DNA of 64,000 nucleotides. It comes from Eledone cirrhosa. Lineage: Eukaryota. Positions within the stretch are counted from its first letter, which is position 1. The number at the start of each line of letters is the position of its first letter. This document shows, piece by piece, positions 50,183 to 63,875 of this stretch. The stretch covers positions 91,636,001 through 91,700,000 of the forward strand of contig OZ024744.1 in assembly GCA_964016885.1 (NCBI GenBank). Reading direction: 5' to 3'. The translations under genes and the position numbers were made by a program. The notes below the pieces were generated by a model. That model worked only from the letters and a program-made list of their open reading frames with translations, was not told where the DNA came from and searched no databases.

Positions 50183-53100
50183 TGTTTCCTTATTAGCCAC
50201 AGGAGCACAAAAGAAGGAGACAAATACAAAGGGGGAAGTTACAATAAAAACATGTAAAATACTATCACAAATGCAATTTAAAAATTAATCGATTTTCCCC
50301 AATAGGGGGAGATATTTCATATGGGTAACACATACCCCCGAAAAAATGTGCAACCCTCATCTCCAGGAGTATGAAGAGTTTGTACCCCTTTCCTCTCTTC
50401 CTCTTTTTCCTCAACCTACAGGCTGATATAGAGAGAAGGCCCATTCACTCGGGCCATTCTCGCCACTTTCACCCACCTTTCATAAAACTCGCTGGGGTAC
50501 AGCACCTCTCTCTCCATCCTGATTCTTCTTCCAAAGTGGTATTTGAAAAAAAGAATCAGTTGTTGGCCGGGGAGAAAGGTGTCTGACCTCAGCCCTTTTA
50601 ACCTCATCCACCATACAACCACTTTCACCATAGCTATCACACAAAGGAAAACCGGCTCTCCTTCATTTTTGAAGGAGGGTGGCGGTTTGATCATGACAAT
50701 GGACTCGGTGGTCAACCGGATTGGTCCCACCTGCAACAATAGTCGTTCTACATAGCCCCACAGTTTGGTAACGCCCGGGCAGGTTACGAATGCATGCGCG
50801 ACGGTTTCTTCGTCTCGCACACATCTCGGACAGATCTTTATCAAAGGTCCCTCCCCGGGCGCCCATGTCTGTAGAGCTTGTCTCGAACTGGTAGAGCTCC
50901 TTGGTAGAACTGCCAGGCCAGGGACTTTTGGAAGTTGTCCATCAGTCCCGGGCGGAAGGTCCTACCGAACAGACTGGCCAGCTCGTCCTCCTCTATGCCT
51001 AGAGTTTCTCCGAGTACGTCGTCACACTTGCTGCGGATCAACCCTCTATAGAATGACGAAGTGGAGTCTGCACTGATCACCGGGTCTGCCTGCCAGAGGA
51101 CTGTGAATGACTGAGCACATTCGATGTGCCAGTCGCCCATTTTCCTCGGTCTTTGCTTGACCCAGGACTGCAGCTCGGTCAGCGAGACGAGTCCTGGGAA
51201 GACTCGCCTCACGAATGGGGCCCACACCGGTTGTCTGGTGAGGAATACATGGAGGTGCCGCAGGCTGAGAGCATGTTTGCTCATCGTCAGCCACGGCATC
51301 CCCAGCCCTCCATTGGAAGGGTGTTGGCAGCAGATGGATCTTCTCACCAAAGGAGCCTGCTTCTTCCAAAGGATTTGGAAGAGCGCGCGCTCCATTTTGG
51401 TGAGCGTTTTGGCTGGACAAGGCATGACAGTCAAGTGGTAGTAGATGGCGGATGCTATAAAAGTGTTCGCCATCTCCACTCGACTTTTTAAAGATAGTTT
51501 GCACTCGGCCCACTTCTGGGTGAGTGCAAACACCTTGGCCGTCACCTCATTCCAGTTCCACGTGGAGGTCCGGACCAAACCAGACCCCGAGCAGCTTTAC
51601 TGGTCCTTCCGTCCATCCGTCCAGCGTCCGACGACGCCATCGGAAGGCATCGGTTTGCCTCTCCATGATCCGTGTTGCAAACCAATGGACTTGTCCCGGT
51701 TCAGCTTTGCTCCTGTGAACCTTTTGTATTTCTTCAGAAAGGTGGCGACTTCCTCGATTTGCGAGGTGCTCGACACCATTACTGCGTGTCGTCGGCGTAG
51801 GCCGACGCCGCTTTCCGCAGTCCTGGTTCCAGAGGGATGCCCTGCAATAGCTCCAACTTCCGCAGTAGTGGGTCAAGAGTCAGTACATACAGAAGAGAGG
51901 AGAGAGGGCATCATTGATGGATGGATCGTGTGATATGGAACGGCTCCGAGAGGTAGCTGTTCACCTTAACCCTTGAGTAGATGTTGCTGCTGTGCATTGC
52001 AGCAATCCAGCCCCTGAACACGGGTCCGAAGCCTGCCGCCTCGAGCGCCGCATCCAGGTAACGATGGTCAACCCTATCGAAAGCCTTAGATTGATCCAAG
52101 TTGATCAGGGCCCCACTGAAGCCGGGTTTACACCCTACCCTCTCTACGATGTATCGCATGAGGTGGAGGTTGTCGTGTATGGACCTGGTCGGGATTGCGT
52201 ATGTCTGCGCTTCTCCCACCAGGTTTTTGACGACAAGTGCCAGCCTCTTTGCCAACACCTTGGCCAAAATCTGTAACTCTGTGTTTAGCAGAGTTATGGG
52301 CCGGAAGTTGCCTATGTCATCCCCCTTATTCTTGTCCTTCCTGACTAGTGTGACTACGCCCCCGGTCACAGAACTGGGAATTCTCCCGTTCTGTTGCCAG
52401 TTACATTAGACCGCTTCCAGGAGACCGGAGAACAAGTCCGGCATTGCTACGTAAAATTTGTAGGGTAGACCGTCGAGACCTGGAGAACTGCATTTGCTGC
52501 ATTGGCTCAGCGTGTCCCCTATCTCAGCAGCCGAAATCGGCCTTTCGCAGTACTTCGCCTCGCTGTCCGAGAGTCGCGGTAGGCCGTCAAGGTATGAACC
52601 GAAATCCATAGCCCCTCCCGGCGCGCCACCCTGCCCGAACAGTTGAGAAAAGTGCCGCTGAAAGGCTGCACACATCTGCTTCAGCTCACGTGTCTCGAGT
52701 CTATCTTGGTCCTTCAAAGACCAAATCGTGGACTTGTTGCCACTTTTCGCCCCCGTCACTCGGGCCCAGCTAACAGCTTTGGCTCCCTCGTTACCTAGAG
52801 CACGTATTTTGCTTATGACATCGCAGCCCTCGTGCTTTGCATCGAAGAATTGGTCCAAGGCCGTTCTCGTCGCTAGCACGCTGGCTATGTTACCATTTTT
52901 AATTTCCTCTTCTACTTTATCTACCAGTTCCTCGGCCCTATTTCTATCTAACGCTAATTCTTTACTAAAATCTAACGAGTCTAATCTAACTGCCCTCTTG
53001 AGAAAGTACCACGATCTTTTGTTGACAATGGCCCCCGTCAAATGTTGTTTAACTAAAGTGCTAATCCGTCTACTGTAGGCTTTGCATGTCGGTAACAATA

Positions 53101-53430
53101 AGTTCAGCTTCCAGTAGCCGAGTCCCTGTCTATGGGTTCTATCAAGTTTGACCATGCAGGTCACTAGTTTGTGATCTGAATAGGCAACCATGAACATTTG
53201 TGGACAGCTTAACATGTCCCTATTCTTCTTTCTAACTAGAACCCTATCTAGGTACAATCTAGATGTTCCGCTGCTATTAGCCCATGTCCACAGTGGCACA
53301 GTCGGAAAATCTAGTGGATATCTATTGGCCAGGTCAAATCGGCCGATTAACTGTTTGAGGCTGTTACACCCCCCTTTATCGGGACATGCTCCCACATAGT
53401 CCCAACATGCATCTAGGATTCCATAGAAGT
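50183..53430 (-). mobile_element. 5'-truncated Tx1-clade LINE (family 2), part of APE plus RT plus zinc finger, frameshifted
   Basis: SRLYLDRVLV, AYSDHK, SPGLDG, NFRPITLLN, KAFDRVDH, CPRC...HAFVTC; gata repeats on both sides. Confidence 0.95.
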
Positions 53431-53446
53431 CTGATAGATAGATAGA

Positions 53447-53645
53447 CAAGGGTTGACTGAAAAGTTCATAGGTTGACCAAGATACTCTCATGCAATGATC
53501 AAACAAGGTTTATATTTCAACATGGAAAGAAACATTGTGCAGTTATTAATAAGAAGAGTTGAAATTAATTTATTGCATGCAAAGATTTCACTTCTCTAGC
53601 ATCACTCCTTCATAGACAGCCTATGAACTTTTCAGCAGACACTCG
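53447..53645. mobile_element. Mariner-derived MITE
   Basis: caagggttgactgaaaagttcatagg ... cctatgaacttttcagcagacactcg|ta. Confidence 0.85.
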
Positions 53646-53694
53646 TACACCAATTAGGTGACCTCTATGCGGTCACTTGAATTGCTAAATTATC

Positions 53695-53905
53695 CTTAGG
53701 ATTAGGGTTAGGGTTAGAGTTAGGATTAGAGTTAAGTTTAGCGTCAGGATTAGGGTTAAAGTTAGTTAGGATTATGGTTAGAGTTAAGGTTAGGATTAGG
53801 GATAGAGTTAAGATTAGGGTTAAAATATGTTAGTTTTAGGGTTAAGGTTTATTGGGGTTTGGGTTTGTTAAGGTTAGGATTCATTAGGGTTAGAGTTAGG
53901 GGTTG
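53695..53905 (+). repeat. Degenerate interstitial (TTAGGG)n-like tract
   Basis: ttagggttagggttagagttagga... about 35 degenerate hexamers. Confidence 0.8.
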
Positions 53906-54183
53906 ATTTGTGTTACGGTTAAAGTACATTAAGTCTAACATTAAAGTTTGTGTATGGGTGCTCTTGTTGGCCCATGTCTATATGTGTGTGTGTCTGCATG
54001 TATATATCAGTGTATGTATGTATGTGTGTATGTATGTATGTATGTATGTATGTATGTATGTATGTATGTATGTATGTATGTATGTATGTATGTATGTATG
54101 TATGTATGTATGTATGTGTATGTATGAGTGTATGTATGCATGTATGCATGTATGTATGTATGTATGTATGTATGTATGTATAT

Positions 54184-54792
54184 GTCAGGTCACCAGTTGG
54201 TGCTACTGGTAACATGTATCCCAGTACAACCTGTCTCATGGTCGGGTCGTTGGCGACTAAACTGGCAACCCCACCAAGGTTTCTTGGTGAGGAGGGTGAC
54301 TTTGGACATCCTGCAGGACTAAAAACAAAACCTGTCAAAGGGCAAGGGAGCTCTTAAGAGTCAATAGCCATCCAAAATCACTGGGAGAGATGACCCCTTA
54401 GCCTTTGTCAAGGCAGAATTCTAGGAGAAAGAAAACTCTGATATAACACCTGCAACCCTGATGGTATCCAATGATGTTGACTTGTTCTTCTTTTTGGTAA
54501 ATATCATCTTGGTTAAGAGAGTGGGACTGGCTTTGTGCAGTGCCTTTGCTCACTATAAAAGCTTCACAGCACAGGCATTGCTTTATATCTGGAGATCTCT
54601 CTGCACTTGTCATCACATGGTACCATGGGCCCTGCACTATGTGTCAATAATGGTCACAAGTGTAGTCTTTGTACCAGAGTTTTCAAGTCGCTGGCTGGAC
54701 TAAAAAGTCACATTCGTTCAGCGCATCGGTAGGGGTTCTCCTACATGGATATAAAGTAGTGGCCGTACTCGAAAACGAGTTGGCAGCCACCA
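54184..54792 (+). mobile_element. Non-autonomous bipartite RTE derivative (5'UTR joined to 3' end)
   Basis: RTE-type 5'UTR motif ggagaaagaaaactctgatat; C2H2 remnant HKCSLCTRVFKSLAGLKSHIRSAH*; second copy at 59085. Confidence 0.7.
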
Positions 54793-54992
54793 TGTGTGCA
54801 TGTATGTTTGTATGTGCGTGTGTGTGTATGTATGTATGTATGCATGTATGTATGTGTGCATGCATGTTTGTATGTGCATGTGTGTGTATGTATGCATGCA
54901 TGTATGTATGTGTGCATGTATGTATGTTTGTATGTATATATGTACATGGAATTAATCCAGTAAGTTGATTGAGATATTTTCATGATCTGTAA

Positions 54993-57897
54993 CCCTTTAG
55001 TATTTACATTACTCTATATATATATACTATTGTATTTTCACGGTAAAGGCTTTACCTCACATAACATTTACATTACTCTATATATATACACTATTGTATT
55101 TTCACAGTAAAGGCTTTACCTCACATAACATTTACATTACTCTATATATACACTATTGTATTTTCACAGTAAAGGCTTTACCTCACATAACATTTACATT
55201 ACTCTATATATATACACTATTGTATTTTCACGGTAAAGGCTTTACCTCACATAACATTTACATTACTCTATATATATACACTATTGTATTTTCACAGTAA
55301 AGGCTTTACCTCACATAACATTTACATTACTCTATATATATACACTATTGTATTTTCACAGTAAAGGCTTTACCTCACATAACATTTACATTACTCTATA
55401 TATGCACTATTGTATTTTCACAGTAAAGGCTTTACCTCACATAACATTTACATTACTCTATATATATACACTATTGTATTTTCACGGTAAAGGCTTTACC
55501 TCACATAATATTTACATTACTCTATATATATACACTATTGTATTTTCACGGTAAAGGCTTTACCTCACATAACATTTACATTACTCTATATATATACACT
55601 ATTGTATTTTCACGGTAAAGGCTTTACCTCACATAACATTTACATTACTCTATATATATATACACTATTGTATTTTCACGGTAAAGGCTTTACCTCACAT
55701 AACATTTACATTACTCTATATATACACTATTGTATTTTCACAGTAAAGGCTTTACCTCACATAACATTTACATTACTCTATATACACTATTGTATTTTCA
55801 CAGTAAAGGCTTTACCTCACATAACATTTACATTACTCTATATATACTATTGTATTTTCACGGTAAAGGCTTTACCTCACATAACATTTACATTACTCTA
55901 TATACACTATTGTATTTTCACGGTAAAGGCTTTACCTCACATAACATTTACATTACACTATATATATACACTATTGTATTTTCACGGTAAAGGCTTTACC
56001 TCACATAACATTTACATTACTCTATATATATACACTATTGTATTTTCACGGTAAAGGCTTTACCTCACATAACATTTACATTACTCTATATATATATATA
56101 CTATTGTATTTTCACGTTAAAGGCTTTACCTCACATAACATTTACATTACTCTATATATATACTATTGTATTTTAACGGTAAAGGCTTTACCTCACATAA
56201 CATTTACATTACTCTATATATACTATTGTATTTTAACGGTAAAGGCTTTACCTCACATAACATTTACATTACTCTATATATATACTATTGTATTTTCACG
56301 GTAAAGGCTTTACCTCACATAACATTTACATTACTCTATATATACTATTGTATTTTAACGGTAAAGGCTTTACCTCACATAACATTTACATTACTCTATA
56401 TATATACTATTGTATTTTCACGGTAAAGGCTTTACCTCACATAGCATTTACATTACTCTATATATATTTACTATTGTATTTTCACGGTAAAGGCTTTACC
56501 TCACATAGCATTTACATTACTCTATATATATACTATTGTATTTTCACTGTAAAGGCTTTACCTCACATAACATTTACATTACTCTATATATATATACTAT
56601 TGTATTTTCACGGTAAAGGCTTTACCTCACATAACATTTACATTACTCTATATATATATACTATTGTATTTTCACGGTAAAGGCTTTACCTCACATAGCA
56701 TTTATATTACTCTATATATATATATACTATTGTATTTTCACGGTAAAGGCTTTACCTCACATAACATTTACATTACTCTATATATATACTATTGTATTTT
56801 CACGGTAAAGGCTTTACCTCACATAACATTTACATTACTCTATATTTACTATTGTATTTTCACGGTAAAGGCTTTACCTCACATAACATTTACATTACTC
56901 TATATATATTTACTATTGTATTTTCACGGTAAAGGCTTTACCTCACATAGCATTTACATTACTCTATATATATACTATTGTATTTTCACTGTAAAGGCTT
57001 TACCTCACATAACATTTACATTACTCTATATATATATACTATTGTATTTTCACGGTAAAGGCTTTACCTCACATAACATTTACATTACTCTATATATATA
57101 TATATACTATTGTATTTTCACAGTAAAGGCTTTACCTCACATAACATTTACATTACTCTATATATATATACTATTGTATTTTCACAGTAAAGGCTTTACC
57201 TCACATAACATTTACATTACTCTATATATATATATATACTATTGTATTTTCACAGTAAAGGCTTTACCTCACATAACATTTACATTACTCTATATATATA
57301 TATACACTATTGTATTTTCACAGTAAAGGCTTTACCTCACATAACATTTACATTACTCTATATATATATATATACTATTGTATTTTCACAGTAAAGGCTT
57401 TACCTCACATAACATTTACATTACTCTATATATATATACTATTGTATTTTCACAGTAAAGGCTTTACCTCACATAACATTTACATTACTCTATATATATA
57501 TATATACTATTGTATTTTCACAGTAAAGGCTTTACCTCACATAACATTTACATTACTCTATATATATATATATACTATTGTATTTTCACAGTAAAGGCTT
57601 TACATTACATAATTACCTCACATAACATTTACATTACTCTATATTTACTATTGTATTTTCACGGTAAAGGCTTTACCTCACATAACATTTACATTACTCT
57701 ATATTTACTATTGTATTTTCACGGTAAAGGCTTTACATTACATAATTATCTCACATAATATCGAATCTACGAGATTTTGATGTTATGTATGTTGAGAACA
57801 ACAACTTAACATAAGTATGAGTGGCCAGTTACAGCTGGTTTGAAGAGATAGAGGTGAGAGAATTCAGTCGGATATGGCCGGTTTATATGCTAAAGGT
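54993..57897. mobile_element. piggyBac-like MITE inflated by an internal satellite
   Basis: Left end ccctttagtatttacatt; right part 57740-57897 matches 33378-33535. Confidence 0.75.
55003..57745. repeat. ~60-68-bp tandem satellite, about 43 copies
   Basis: atttacattactc(ta)n ctattgtattttcacggtaaaggctttacctcacataac. Confidence 0.97.
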
Positions 57898-58539
57898 TTA
57901 GTGGAGATCTGGAGTTAATGGTACAACTAACATCTTTAAAATACAAACAGATACATTGAGCATTGTAATGGAGAGGTCATACATTGTACTCAACAAATGG
58001 GATTGTCATGGCTGGAACGTCTTTCATCATCATCATCATCATCATCATCATTATCATCATCATTGCCATCACCATCAACAACAACATTGTCATCATCATA
58101 TCATTACTATCATCATCATTATCAACAACATCACCGCCATTGCCACCACCATCATCATCATCATCACCACCACTATCACCACCACCATCATCACCACCAC
58201 CATCATCACCATCATCACCACCATTATCATCATCACCATCATCATCCCCATCACCATCATCACCATCACCACCACCACCACCACCACCACCACCATTATG
58301 ATATATATGTCTATGGAGAAATATGTTTTATGAGACAATGGTCAATTTTGCCACATAATGTTTTAGAGCTGGGTGATTCACTACCTACATTACACATACA
58401 TGCAACACACACACACACACACATCTACACATCCACACACACATCCACACACATCCACACACACATACACTCATGTGCCTATGTATATATATATATATAT
58501 ATATACATTTATGCATAGATAAATAAATAGATAAATATA

Positions 58540-58585
<46 letters not shown>

Positions 58586-58624
58586 CATTTACATATACAT
58601 GCATATGCATATGCATATACATAT

Positions 58625-58657
<33 letters not shown>

Positions 58658-59052
58658 TACAAACAAATACATTCACACACACACACACACATACATGCAT
58701 ACACATACATGCACACACACATACATACAAACATATACATGCACACACACATACACACACACATACACACATACATGCACACACACATACACACACACAC
58801 ATACATATACACACATACATACACACACACACACGCACACGCACACACACACACACACACATATTGAGACCTAAACAACAGTAGAGACATATTTTCAACA
58901 TGTCCTACTGATACATTTTCTTCTCAATTCCTGTATACTGAACATTGTTTGCACTAATCACCAGCATTGTCTCCTGGCTCAGAAAATAACATCCCATATT
59001 ACAAATATACTTGCTTAGTCAAGGATATATAGATATGTATGTGTGTGTGTGA

Positions 59053-59084
<32 letters not shown>

Positions 59085-59087
<3 letters not shown>

Positions 59088-59508
59088 CATCCAAAATCAG
59101 CGGGAGAGATGACCCCTTAGCCTTTGTCAAGGCAGAATTCTAGGAGAAGGAAAACTCTGATATAACACCTGCAACCCTGATGGTATCCAATGATGTTGAC
59201 TTGTTCTTTTTTTTGGTAAATATCATCTTGGTTAACAGAGTGGGACTGGCTTCGTGCAGTGCCTTTGCTCACTATAAAAGCTTCACGGCACAGGCATTGC
59301 TTTATATCTGGAGATCTCTCTGCACTTGTCGTCACATGGTACCATGGGCCCAGCACTATGTGTCAATAATTGTCACAAGTGTAGTGTTTGAACCAGAGTT
59401 TTCAAGTCGCTGGCTGGACTAAAAAGTCACACTCGTTCAGCGCATCAGTAGGGGTTCTCCTACATGGATATAAAGTAGTGGCCGTACTCGAAAACGAGTT
59501 GGCAGCCA

Positions 59509-59511
<3 letters not shown>
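59085..59511 (+). mobile_element. 5'-truncated copy of the bipartite RTE derivative, within (TA)n
   Basis: Near-identical to 54366-54792. Confidence 0.8.
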
Positions 59512-59588
<77 letters not shown>

Positions 59589-59902
59589 TCAATGATATTA
59601 AATAAATGAAAACTATATTTATAAAACCATATTTATTCTATTTCAAGAGTACCAAAACCTTTGGTACACTTTCAGCAGATAAAATACAAAGTGTGTTTTA
59701 TAAATTTTGACATAGCCAAGGAACGTACCATAACGGTTGAAGTACCTTAACGTACCTTAACGGTTGAAGTTTTCCTTGGTGTGTTTTCCAAAATTTATAA
59801 AACACACTTTGTATTTTATCTGATGAAAGCGTACCAAAGTTATAATATAATAGAATAAATATGGTTTTATAAATATAGTTTCCATTTATTTAATATCATT
59901 GA
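59589..59902. mobile_element. Fold-back element (~120-bp arms) with decayed hammerhead copies
   Basis: 59589-59709 pairs with 59789-59902; left arm minus reads CTGCTGA aagtgtaccaaa-ggt-tttggtactctt GAAA; right arm has CTGATGA at 59820. Confidence 0.75.
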
Positions 59903-59941
59903 ATATTATACTCCAGAAATCTGTCGAGTGCTCTGAATCAG

Positions 59942-59991
<50 letters not shown>

Positions 59992-60089
59992 CGAAGGAAA
60001 TGTGGTAAGGAACCAGGTGGACCATAACGCACCAAAGTACTCAATACTTGGGGTAGTAGAGTGGGTAATAGGAACAAGTCTTACTGGTT

Positions 60090-60137
<48 letters not shown>

Positions 60138-60221
60138 AAAGGTAAACAGAAATAACAACACAATCGGTACAGTATATGGAAAGGATATGTTAGGTTAACA
60201 CTTGATATAGCAGGAAGAGGG

Positions 60222-60257
60222 TCTTAACGTTTCGGACGCTAGTCCTTCATCAGAAGA
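60222..60257 (-). ncRNA. Minimal type-I hammerhead ribozyme
   Basis: Minus strand: tctt|CTGATGA|a ggac-tagc-gtcc|GAAA|cg|TT|aaga (AACGTT palindrome). Confidence 0.85.
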
Positions 60258-60461
60258 AAGAATGAGAAATAAGATAGATTGAGGGGACGGACGCGTTAGA
60301 ATTAGATAAAAATAACAGGTCCATTCATGTGTGTATGTGTGTATATACATATATATATCATATATATATATATTTATATATATATATAAATTTTGAGTTT
60401 GTGTTGGTTGTTTACTGACACCTCAGAATTTAACATGTTTGACTTACTTATATATATATAT

Positions 60462-60805
60462 GGAGGCACATGGCTTAGTGGTTAGAGCATTGGCTTTGCA
60501 ATCGAAAGGTTGTGAGTTCAATTCTCAGACCGGGTGATGTGTTGTTTCCTTGAGCAAGACACTTTATTTCACATTGCTCCAGTTTACTCAGCTGTAGAAA
60601 TGAGATGATAGGGACCCCAGTCCCTATCATTCCACTGCATAGTGGTTGTGTAGGTGCCACGGCAAAAACCACCCAGCACTCACTGTAAATGAGGTTGGTG
60701 TTAGGAAGGGCATCCAGCTGTAGAAATCAAGCCAGAATCAGTTCCCATCCCACCCTTGCAAGCAGGGAAAAGCGGACGTAAAATGAAATGATGATGAATG
60801 ATGAT
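60462..60805 (+). mobile_element. Full-length family-A SINE
   Basis: ggaggcacatggcttagtggttagagc...gagttcaattc...ccttgagcaagacactt...(atg)n. Confidence 0.92.
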
Positions 60806-61044
60806 ATATATATATATATATATAAAGGTGCAGAGCACTAAGAATCAATGGAAGCCTTGGATAGGGAAGCCCAAATGCTCAAACCACTAAGTAATATACT
60901 AAACATACATATATATATATAAATATATATATGTATGTGTGTGTGATGGGTGTGTATATATGTGTGGGTATATATATGTATGTGTGTGTCTGTGTGAGTG
61001 TCTGTGATGGGTGTGTATGTGTGTGTGTAATGGGTGTGTGAGCT

Positions 61045-62197
61045 TGCGAAAAGCTGACCTTGCAAAGGTGATGACACAGGACTGAGACCTCTGGCGTCAT
61101 GCAGTAATACAGAAGACCTGACTTCCCATGTGTACAAGCCGAAGCTGAAGCATATAGACAATATGCCCCTACCCCCTCCCTCTGCAAAGTGGTTGTGTAG
61201 GTGTCATGACAAAAAGCACCCGGTCCACACTGTAAAGTTGTCTTGTAGGCGCACCAGTAAAAAAAGCACCCAGTCCACACTGTAAAGTAGTCTTGTAGGC
61301 GCCACGGTAAAAAAAGCACCCAGTCCACACTGTAAAGTGGTCTTGTAGGCGCCACAGTAAAAAAAGCACCCAGTCCACACTGTAAAGTAGTCTTGTAGGC
61401 GCCACAGTAAAAAAAGCACCCAGTCCACACTGTAAAGTAGTCTTGTAGGCGCCACGGTAAAAAAAGTACCCAGTTCACACTGTAAAGTGGTCTTGTAGGT
61501 GCCACGGTAAAAAAAGCACCCAGTCCACACTGTAAAGTGGTCTTGTAGGCACCACGGTAAAAAAGCACCCAGTCCACACTGTAAAGTGGTCTTGTAGGCG
61601 CCACGGTGAAAAAAGCACCCAGTCCACACTGTAAAGATGTCTTGTAGGCGCCATGGTAAAAAAAGCACCCGGTCCACACTGTAAAGTGGACTTGTAGGCA
61701 CCATGGTGAAAAAAGGACCCGGTCCACACTGTAAAGTAGTTTTGTAGGTGCCTCGGTAAAAAAAGCACCCGGTCCACACTGTAAAGTGGTCTTGTAGGCG
61801 CCACGGTGAAAAAAGCACCCAGTCCACACTGTAAAGTGGTCTTGTAGGCACCACGGTAAAAAAAGCACCCGGTCCACACTGTAAAGTGGTCTTGTAGGCA
61901 CCACGGTAAAAAAAGCACCCGGTCCACACTGTAAAGTGGTCTTGTAGGCGCCACGGTAAAAAAGCACCCTGTCCACACTGTAAAGTGGACATGTAGGCGC
62001 CACAGTAAAAAAGCACCCAGCCCGCACTGTAAATGAGGTTGGTGTTAGGAAAGGCATCCAGCTGTAGAAATCAAGCCAGAATCAGTTCTTGTATAAGCAT
62101 GACATGGTCACCTGACCTGGCATTGCACACAACAGGACAACCCGTCTAACCCATGCTAGGTGGAAGAATGGACGTAAAACAGTGATGATGATGATGA
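61045..62197 (+). mobile_element. RTE 3' end with a 50-bp 3'UTR unit amplified about 17 times (61185-62030)
   Basis: Unit aaaaaagcacccagtccacactgtaaagtggtcttgtaggcgccacggta; flanks match the inverse of 21695-22095. Confidence 0.9.
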
Positions 62198-62352
62198 TAT
62201 ATAAGCAAAAAAAAAATGGAGGAGAATGGAATACATTTAAAAACAAAATTTACTTCTTACACAGTGTTTCATCTAAGGCGTAATAGCAACATAACAGGTT
62301 TATATATGTGTGTGTAAATATCATATATATTATTATAAAGATTATAATATGC

Positions 62353-62797
62353 AGGGGGATTGGCAGTATCGGTAGAGGGTCGGACACAATGCTTTCCAGC
62401 ATAGTTACGTCCCTTTACAGTCTGAGTTCAAATCCCGCCGAGGTTAACTTTGCCTTTCATCCTTATGGGGTCGATAAAATAAAGTACCAGTAATGTACTG
62501 TGATAATTGCTGGCCTTGTGCCAAAAGTAGAAACCATTATTATAAAGATTATGTGCTTAGAACCTATATATATGTGTTGTAGTACACCTGAGCACTAAAC
62601 ACAATAATTTTCATTTTGGCAGTATCGATATAGGGTCGGACATGCTTTCCGGCATAGAGTTACGTCCCTTTATGATCTGAGTACAAATTCCGTCAAGGTT
62701 AACTTTGTCTTTCATCTTTACGAGGTCGATAAAATAAAGTACCAGTAATTTACTGAGATAATTGCTGGCCTTGTGTCAAAAGTTGAAACAATTATTA
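62353..62797 (+). mobile_element. Two family-B SINEs (62353-62540, 62616-62797)
   Basis: Consensus match. Confidence 0.88.
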
Positions 62798-63000
62798 TAT
62801 ACGTATGGATTTGTGTGTGTATTTATTTATGTATATGTATCTGTATGTGTAAATGTATATATATATCCATATGTATATATATATATGTCTATTATATATA
62901 TGTATGATATATATATATATATATATATGTTTCAAGCATTAACCTAATATATTCCTTCCATATACTGTACTGATTGTGTTGTTATTTCTGTTTACCTTTT

Positions 63001-63875
<875 letters not shown>

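Noticed and set aside
55003-57745. CRISPR array or repeat-protein gene
   Set aside because: Homogeneous tandem satellite whose reading frame shifts with TA length
60462-60535. tRNA gene
   Set aside because: A/B-box head of a SINE with no full cloverleaf, continuing into SINE core
60879-62057. 392-aa repetitive ORF
   Set aside because: Antisense translation of a 50-bp 3'UTR tandem repeat; unit length is not a multiple of 3
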